Source: Fimbriimonadia bacterium
Lineage (GTDB): Bacteria > Armatimonadota > Fimbriimonadia > Fimbriimonadales > JABRVX01
Direction of reading: 5' to 3'
Length of the DNA: 55,511 nucleotides
NCBI GenBank assembly: GCA_041483895.1
Contig: JBGPGO010000020.1
Location: 1 to 55,511, forward strand
Shown here: one piece after another, positions 49,238 to 55,511 of the stretch
Layout: each line of letters begins with the position of its first letter
Numbering within the stretch: the first letter of the stretch is position 1
The notes under the pieces: model-generated
The model's input: the letters and a program-made list of their open reading frames with translations, nothing else
What the model was told of the DNA's origin: nothing
Databases searched by the model: none
Program-made: the position numbers and the translations under genes

Positions 49238-50146
49238 TTAGCCCGCCTTCCCCGGGACGCCGCCCGGCGTACCTTCGCCGCTTCCGGGAACACCGCCTGG
49301 GGCCGCGCCTCCTGGAGCACCGCCGGCCGGAGCTGTGCCACCGCCGCCGGCTGCCGCAACCAATGCGGCAAGCGGATTCGGCGGCACGAGATTGCCTTCG
49401 ACCTCAGCGCGCAGGACCACAGTGGACCATGCAGGAGGAGCCGGACGACCGCCTGAGTTGTCGGCGCCCATGCCGGCATCCGCGCCGGCTCGATTCTGGT
49501 AGAAGCCTTCTCGGCTCACTTTCTTGACGAACCCGTCCCCTCGCCGCGCCAGGGAGATCATCACATCGGAATATTGGGCGTAATTTCCCAGGACGGCCTG
49601 CATCACCACAGTCACCGTGCCGGACGGGCCACTTGCCGCGCCGGACCCACCGGGCCCACCGGGAGCCCCAGGCGCGCCAGGCGTTTGGGAAACTGCTTGC
49701 GTTGGAGGGGCCGCAACGGCCTGATTCATGCCCTGGTCGCCCTTCATGCCGGGCCAAGCCGGAGTCCCACCGGAAGCTCCGTTGTTATCGGTTGCGGCCA
49801 TGTTCAATACTCGAACATATCCTGGAAGACGATTGGCGACCTTGCGATACAACTCGGGATACTTTTCGTTATGCTTCTCGATGTACCAAGCCAGCTCCAT
49901 ATCCCGGAAGACGATGGAGTTTTCCTGGTAGATGGCGTCCGCTTCGGCTGCCTTGGACACAACGGCGTTCGCGTCCGTTGTCAGGCCGTCGGTCTTGCCC
50001 CTCTCCGTTGACAATTCGTTCTTGAGGTTATACGAATAGGATCCGAAGGCGAGCAGCGCAACCAGCGTTACTGCCGCCATGAACAGCAGCGCGGTCCGAT
50101 TCCGTTTTCCTTGCCGTATATATCCCGGTAGAAGGTTGAGCTTCAT
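49238..50146 (-). CDS. PilN-like pilus assembly protein
   Basis: MKLNLLP PilM-binding motif, TM, LP..V; follows pilM. Confidence 0.8.
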   Translation of the reverse strand: MKLNLLPGYIRQGKRNRTALLFMAAVTLVALLAFGSYSYNLKNELSTERGKTDGLTTDANAVVSKAAEADAIYQENSIVFRDMELAWYIEKHNEKYPELYRKVANRLPGYVRVLNMAATDNNGASGGTPAWPGMKGDQGMNQAVAAPPTQAVSQTPGAPGAPGGPGGSGAASGPSGTVTVVMQAVLGNYAQYSDVMISLARRGDGFVKKVSREGFYQNRAGADAGMGADNSGGRPAPPAWSTVVLRAEVEGNLVPPNPLAALVAAAGGGGTAPAGGAPGGAAPGGVPGSGEGTPGGVPGKAG

Positions 50147-50154
50147 GCTACAGG

Positions 50155-51471
50155 TTACTCCTCAAAGGCGTGCAACGCCATTCCTATCGCGACGTTCAAT
50201 TCCAAAGCGTTCTCACGCAGATACTGCTCCGATTGTCGCCTTGTCGCCAGGTGCAGGTATTGCATCGCGTCCAGCATTCCCACCGGCACGTTGAGCGACC
50301 ATTCCAAGAACCGGTCCAGGTTCTTTAGCCTGGCCCCGCCGCCCGAAAGCAGAACTTGGCCGACCTCTTCGCCGACCCCTCTTCCCGCGTAATACTCGAC
50401 GGATCGGCGGATTTCTGAGGTCAACTCTTCCAAAATCGGCATGATCGCGTCGAAAATCTTGTCCGTGTCACCGCTCGATGCGGGAACCGGAGACGGTACG
50501 GGGGGCGGTTGCATTTGAGGCTGAGCCGCATCCGGCGCCGCTCCACTATCCACTACGGATGAAGCGCCGGCAGGTTCCGCGTCTTGCTCGATTTCGAAGG
50601 TCGGCCCTTGCTCCGATACATCCGCGTACGGGTTGAATGAGGTGGTCGGAGCGGCAGCCTGGGGCGGGGCGAAGCCGGACGGCTGCGCGCCTGGAGCGCC
50701 TCCGGCCCCAATTCCCAGCCGGCTCAACACAACCTCCGCATGCTTCAGCTTCATCTCTTCGGCCTCTTCTACAGAGATGCCGAACGCATCCGCAATCGCT
50801 TGGGTAAAACTCTGCCCGCCGAGCGGCAGCACGCGCGGAAAGCTCAAGTAGCCGTGCTTAAACACGTCGATGGACGTCGTGGATCGACCGATATTCACGA
50901 TCATCATCGAGGTCTCCGGAAGCGCCGCCTCCATAGAAAGCACACGAGAAAGCGCGAGGGGCTGCACGTCTATCCCCATCGGATCGAGGCCGGCCTTCTC
51001 CATCACTTCGACGGAGGTGTCGATGCCGGATTGGGGCGCGACGCCGAGGACAACGTCCATCTGCTTTGTCGGATCGGGATGGGGATCGGTTTCCGGGACG
51101 CGCGCATAGTCGGAGACGATGGTGGTTTCAGCGAACGGAATATTCCGTTGAATCTCCCACTGCATGTGCTCCTTCATCTCGGTGGCGGTCATGGGCGGCA
51201 CTTCCAACATTCGCACAACCACCGATGCCTGGCCCGATATGCCGAGCACGGCCTGCTTGACGCCGATACCGGCTTCCGATATGGCGCCCTTAAGTGCGCT
51301 TGCGATGACCGCGGGGTCGTAAATTCCGTTATGGTCTACACCCTCCGCGGGAGACGGCACGACTGCCGCCGCGGTGAGCGTGTGGCGGTCTCTTCCCGCC
51401 CGAAGCTCCGCAATTTTGATCGTGTGGGTACCAATGTCGATTCCAATCGCGGAACCTGCTGTTTTTGCCAT
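50155..51471 (-). CDS. pilM: Type IV pilus assembly protein PilM
   Basis: IGIDIG...IK, IPF, NIG.STT, GG..FT, LSGGGA.L, VAIGMAL. Confidence 0.92.
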   Translation of the reverse strand: MAKTAGSAIGIDIGTHTIKIAELRAGRDRHTLTAAAVVPSPAEGVDHNGIYDPAVIASALKGAISEAGIGVKQAVLGISGQASVVVRMLEVPPMTATEMKEHMQWEIQRNIPFAETTIVSDYARVPETDPHPDPTKQMDVVLGVAPQSGIDTSVEVMEKAGLDPMGIDVQPLALSRVLSMEAALPETSMMIVNIGRSTTSIDVFKHGYLSFPRVLPLGGQSFTQAIADAFGISVEEAEEMKLKHAEVVLSRLGIGAGGAPGAQPSGFAPPQAAAPTTSFNPYADVSEQGPTFEIEQDAEPAGASSVVDSGAAPDAAQPQMQPPPVPSPVPASSGDTDKIFDAIMPILEELTSEIRRSVEYYAGRGVGEEVGQVLLSGGGARLKNLDRFLEWSLNVPVGMLDAMQYLHLATRRQSEQYLRENALELNVAIGMALHAFEE

Positions 51472-51506
51472 AAAGGTCCATCTCCCGTTGCCGGCCCGGC
51501 GGGCTA

Positions 51507-51536
51507 ACTATACAGTCTGCGGCCCGGTAAAGTCAA
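51507..51536 (-). promoter_or_regulatory. Probable sigma70 promoter of pilM operon
   Basis: TTGACT-18 nt-TATAGT about 35 nt upstream of ATG. Confidence 0.55.
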
Positions 51537-51610
51537 TGTGCCGAGTTTGCGCTTGCCTTCCATAGCCAAGACGGATGAGAACGGCAACTGGTTCGATTGT
51601 CAGCCAACGG

Positions 51611-51640
51611 AATCCTCCCCCGCGAATGCGGGGAGGGATT
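51611..51640. repeat. Family B-like hairpin / possible terminator
   Basis: AATCCTCCCCCGC-GAAT-GCGGGGAGGGATT. Confidence 0.5.
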
Positions 51641-51655
51641 TCTTGGTTTCAGGCG

Positions 51656-54600
51656 TTATCGGCCTCCGATGGGCGTCACGTCGAATCGCGGGCTGACCGT
51701 CTCGAAGTAGACATCCGATGCGCCGTTTCGCGTGCTGCTCCAGAACAGCCAGATGAAGTCCGGCCGGCCCGTCGTTACATTGACGACCGGATCGGCGAAC
51801 GCGGTGACCTCGCCCTCGGAGATCGCCTTCTCGATCGGTACGGCGGTATCGTCCATTTCCGGAATCCAAGTGACGGTCAGGTTGACCGTCGACCGAATGG
51901 TACTGCCCTGCGACATGTAGGTAATCGAGATCTGATGGCCGACATCCTGCTGGCGGAAATAGATGCGTCCGCGAATCGGGTCCACGGTCGCAAAGCCTGC
52001 GCCGCTGAAGTTGATGTCGACCGGTAAATTCATCGGGAACGGGAGTTGTACGCCAGGCCGATACGTCTGCATGTACAGCGTCGTCGATTGGCCCGCTCCG
52101 GTTGAATGCCGCTTGTACAGCACCCAGTACCGATCGAGGCTGACGACATTGTTTGTGCCGGCCTTGTTATTGCTGCCCTCGCGATACGAGTAAGTCAGAT
52201 CATAGATGCGTCGGGTGTCGATGAACGATACCGGCTCGGTATGGCCACCCACGTTGCCGAGCGGGGTCAGTCGAACCGTCCGAGGGGTATAGGTGACCTG
52301 GACGACGTCCTGCGCTCCCGGCGCCATATTCGGGAAAGTGATTGTGCCGGCAACCGGGTCGACGACCGCATATCCGCCGAGCGTCGAAACGAATCGCAAG
52401 GTGTTTCCTTGACGATCTCGGTCCACGGCGCCAAGAATATTCTTGCCGTTTACCAAGATCGAGATGCCGGGATTTCGCTCCCCGACCACCCAGTCGATTC
52501 CCCGCGTGCGCCATACCGTTCCGTTCTTATGCTCCGGCACGGCGACCTCACCGTCGATCTTGCCCTGAGCCTTCGGCCGGTCCCATTCCATGTTCCCGTC
52601 GCTATCCAGTCCGTAGGTCGCCATGAATATCTCGTTGGTGTTGCGGTCTTTCGTCACGCCGCTATAAACCAGATCGATGTCGCCGTTCAATTTCGGGACC
52701 GGGTATGGATCCTTAGCGCTGATCAGGGATCTCGGGACACTGATCGATTCTGCGCGCCTCCAAAGTGACGGACTGGCTAGGTCCGTAGTCTCATTAACGA
52801 ACAGCCCGTAGCGTCCGGTCGTGCCGCCGTACCAGAAAAGCTTCCCGCCCTTCTGGCCATAACCTATCGGAATCGGACGGTACATGGGAACTCTGGAATC
52901 GACGGCCGGGATCACGATCGGCGTACCAGACATTTGACCGCTGGTCGAACTGATCTTCGCGTACGAAAGCGAATGCTGGTTGACCAGCTCCCCGTTCACG
53001 ATGGTCGATTCGGTCGAATCCCAGAACATATATGGCGTCGGCATCGTCGTGATGTTGACCGGGAACACCGGCGCATAGTGGCTCGTCGTTCCGGTCGGCT
53101 TAGTCGGATACGGTCCGCTGCCCATTGTGAACCACTGTTGCTTGGTAGCGCTGGTCCAGTGGAAAAGGTCTCCCAACGGCGGCGGAACGATCGTTGCCGA
53201 CCGCAGCGGGCTCCAACCGAGCACACCGGTAAACAGTGCCCAATTCGCCAACGCCCCGGAGTTCTTGTCCGTGTTCTGTCGAGTGTCGCGTTGCGAAGCC
53301 ATGGCCACAACCAGCGCACCGGTCTTCGCATCGCGGTAGGCCGCCGGAGCCGCAGTCGCGGCCCGGAAGTTGCGATTCGGATTCGCGCCGAAGTCGTACA
53401 TCGGCATCGTTCCCGCGTCAGGCAGAGTCGTCAGCCGAGATTCCTTGACGGTGAACTTCAGCTTCATGGACGGCTCGGTGATCGTCTCCCAAGCCCGCCC
53501 CGTCGATGGTTCCCAATCCAGAGCGATGTACGGTTTGTTGGCAATGGAGTCTTCATAAACTCGGATGAACTGCGAATATGTACCCACCGGCTGTCCGATC
53601 GGAATGCCAACGCCGATCGTTGGCGGCTGATTGTTGACCGCCAAGGTGCCGTACGGGGCGTCCGGGATTCGCAATGACGTCGGGCTGCGGTCTCCCGGTC
53701 GCGGTTTGTGGAGCGTGACCTGCGCGTTGAATCGTGGATCCAGATTGCTCACGATCACCTGGTCGGCGCCGAGCCACGCGTACGGAGACAGACTGTCACC
53801 AAAGAAGGCAACCGGCTGGAACGGCGGGTTGTTGTACTTGCCGCTGCTGTCCAAGTTGTGCAGGATTGACGCCACTCGCAGATTCAGCATGTTGACATTG
53901 CTGGGACTCTCAACCGTGAACGACTTGAAGAACTCGTCATACGTTATCGGAGCGCCGGACAGGAAGGTGCTTGGGTAGAACTTGCTGCCGTTCTGGCTCG
54001 GACTTTGCGGCGTGAACCCGCTGCCCGCAGACAATTGTCCCAAATCTACCGTGGGTTCCACGACGGAAAGCTTCTCATCCGGCGGTACCGTCAAGCGATC
54101 GTTCAATGTCCGGTACGCCTCCGCGCCGCTCGTCGGCTGATCGGCGCTGACAGACGTTCCCACTCCGGTCAGTTTTCGGTCGCTGTCCAGATCGACATAT
54201 ATCCAGATCTTCTGGTTGTATCCGTCGGCCATGTTTGCCGGCTGATAGAGCGGCACTTGCGTTTCGACATCCACCGGCAACCATGCGATCTGCCGCTTCG
54301 AGTAATCCGGATTCGGGTCGTTGACGTTAATGGTAATGGTCGGCGCCGGAAGAGTCGCCTGATCGGTCACGATGTTTACGTGGCTGCCAAACCCGTTCAC
54401 CCCATTTGTCCATAAATCGACGTTTCTGCGGTCGATATCCGGATAGTCCGGACTCGGGTTTGGATAGCCGACGGGGGGAACTTCCCAGGGTAACGGTTTG
54501 ATCACGGCGTTCGCGCCGCCGCTGAACAACAGGTCGCTTCGAAGACCCATGATGTATCGCAACGGGCGGCCCGTATTGAACACAAGCAGGCTTCGATCCG

Positions 54601-55511
54601 CAATCGCGAATCGCGCGGTTCCGTGCTGGCCGTGACTGACGTCGCCGTGCTGCGCGACGATGACTTTGGTCCCGCTGCCGTTGACCATATTCGCCGGCTC
54701 GGTCGGGTTGACGCCGCCGATGATGCTGGACAGGTCGATCAGACCGGTCTGCGGGTTGATCAGCGCGACCGATAGCGGGTTGGCAATGGGAAGGGCGGAT
54801 TGCGCCATCTTGAATGGACCGACCGCCGCGGTGCCTGTGGGCTGGACCGTCGCCTCGAACCAGTACTGTTCGCCGGGCGTGTATGGATTCTGCCGATTGC
54901 CTTCAATCAGATACTCGAAGAGAGAGAAATCGGGCATGGCGTTCTGCGGGTCTTTTGGACCGGGCGCCTTGTAGTATCTCACCGGCGAGGAGACACGAAC
55001 CGTATTGCTTGGACCCTTCAACTGGAACGTGACGGTGCCCGTGTGGTTCACGTCGAAGTTATATGCCATGAGATAGATGCGCTGGCCCCATTCGATGGCG
55101 GCGATATTCTCGGATTTTGCCTGGTATGGCGTGATCGGCGTGTTCTGATCGGATGGAAGCTGCCTGAGCGCCAGATAGTCTTCGCGCGTGATCATCTTCA
55201 CGATCGTGTCCTTGAGCTTCGGGTCTGGGACAATCTCGTCTTTCAGGTCGACTTCCTGTGCGGGCGGCGTACCAACCAGCGCAATGTCATTGGCATAGCC
55301 CGTACCATATGTATTCTCGCTAAAGGCGAAGAAGCGTCCATCCGATCCAACGACATACATGAAGCCGTCCGCAACCGTGGTCTCGGCCCGGGCTACGACG
55401 CCGCCGGCCAGCTGAATCGCATAGTTGTTCTGCCCCGCGACCTTGGTGCTGTTGTAGGTCCGGGCCCTGACGCCGAGGAGCTCGCCTCCGGCAGTCGGGA
55501 AAAGGAAGGAC
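51656..55511 (-). CDS. Very large beta-rich extracellular protein, partial (5' end outside window)
   Basis: Frame open to the window edge; PQQ-propeller-like TVADGFMYVVGSDG.FFAF; C-terminal WLFWSSTRNG..DVY. Confidence 0.75.
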   Translation of the reverse strand, partial: SFLFPTAGGELLGVRARTYNSTKVAGQNNYAIQLAGGVVARAETTVADGFMYVVGSDGRFFAFSENTYGTGYANDIALVGTPPAQEVDLKDEIVPDPKLKDTIVKMITREDYLALRQLPSDQNTPITPYQAKSENIAAIEWGQRIYLMAYNFDVNHTGTVTFQLKGPSNTVRVSSPVRYYKAPGPKDPQNAMPDFSLFEYLIEGNRQNPYTPGEQYWFEATVQPTGTAAVGPFKMAQSALPIANPLSVALINPQTGLIDLSSIIGGVNPTEPANMVNGSGTKVIVAQHGDVSHGQHGTARFAIADRSLLVFNTGRPLRYIMGLRSDLLFSGGANAVIKPLPWEVPPVGYPNPSPDYPDIDRRNVDLWTNGVNGFGSHVNIVTDQATLPAPTITINVNDPNPDYSKRQIAWLPVDVETQVPLYQPANMADGYNQKIWIYVDLDSDRKLTGVGTSVSADQPTSGAEAYRTLNDRLTVPPDEKLSVVEPTVDLGQLSAGSGFTPQSPSQNGSKFYPSTFLSGAPITYDEFFKSFTVESPSNVNMLNLRVASILHNLDSSGKYNNPPFQPVAFFGDSLSPYAWLGADQVIVSNLDPRFNAQVTLHKPRPGDRSPTSLRIPDAPYGTLAVNNQPPTIGVGIPIGQPVGTYSQFIRVYEDSIANKPYIALDWEPSTGRAWETITEPSMKLKFTVKESRLTTLPDAGTMPMYDFGANPNRNFRAATAAPAAYRDAKTGALVVAMASQRDTRQNTDKNSGALANWALFTGVLGWSPLRSATIVPPPLGDLFHWTSATKQQWFTMGSGPYPTKPTGTTSHYAPVFPVNITTMPTPYMFWDSTESTIVNGELVNQHSLSYAKISSTSGQMSGTPIVIPAVDSRVPMYRPIPIGYGQKGGKLFWYGGTTGRYGLFVNETTDLASPSLWRRAESISVPRSLISAKDPYPVPKLNGDIDLVYSGVTKDRNTNEIFMATYGLDSDGNMEWDRPKAQGKIDGEVAVPEHKNGTVWRTRGIDWVVGERNPGISILVNGKNILGAVDRDRQGNTLRFVSTLGGYAVVDPVAGTITFPNMAPGAQDVVQVTYTPRTVRLTPLGNVGGHTEPVSFIDTRRIYDLTYSYREGSNNKAGTNNVVSLDRYWVLYKRHSTGAGQSTTLYMQTYRPGVQLPFPMNLPVDINFSGAGFATVDPIRGRIYFRQQDVGHQISITYMSQGSTIRSTVNLTVTWIPEMDDTAVPIEKAISEGEVTAFADPVVNVTTGRPDFIWLFWSSTRNGASDVYFETVSPRFDVTPIGGR

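Overview
GC-rich bacterial chromosomal window; gene content is consistent with a diderm such as Armatimonadota (inference). Housekeeping blocks: eno, ruvAB, tRNA-Ser(GCT), tRNA-Thr(TGT), and a long minus-strand run pilM/N/O/P-like, stand-alone secretin N-domain protein, secretin, aroK, aroB, PASTA pseudokinase, rpe, ribD, ribE, rarA. Accessory content: three tandem msrB plus an exported TlpA thioredoxin, two secreted proteins sharing a C-terminal Ig+dockerin-like module, a MacAB-like ABC operon, a toxin-antitoxin pair whose toxin has an in-frame TGA, and a decayed Rhs cassette (Pro-rich tip, orphan Tlde1-like fragment, two candidate immunity genes). The most striking non-coding signal is a REP-associated tyrosine transposase (RAYT) flanked by inverted GTAG elements that are 55-56 nt hairpins with an 8-bp covarying stem and a fixed-length (34-35 nt) but sequence-variable loop, with relatives dispersed across the window. 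Three further palindromic repeat families are present. All calls are by eye from motifs; no database searches were run.
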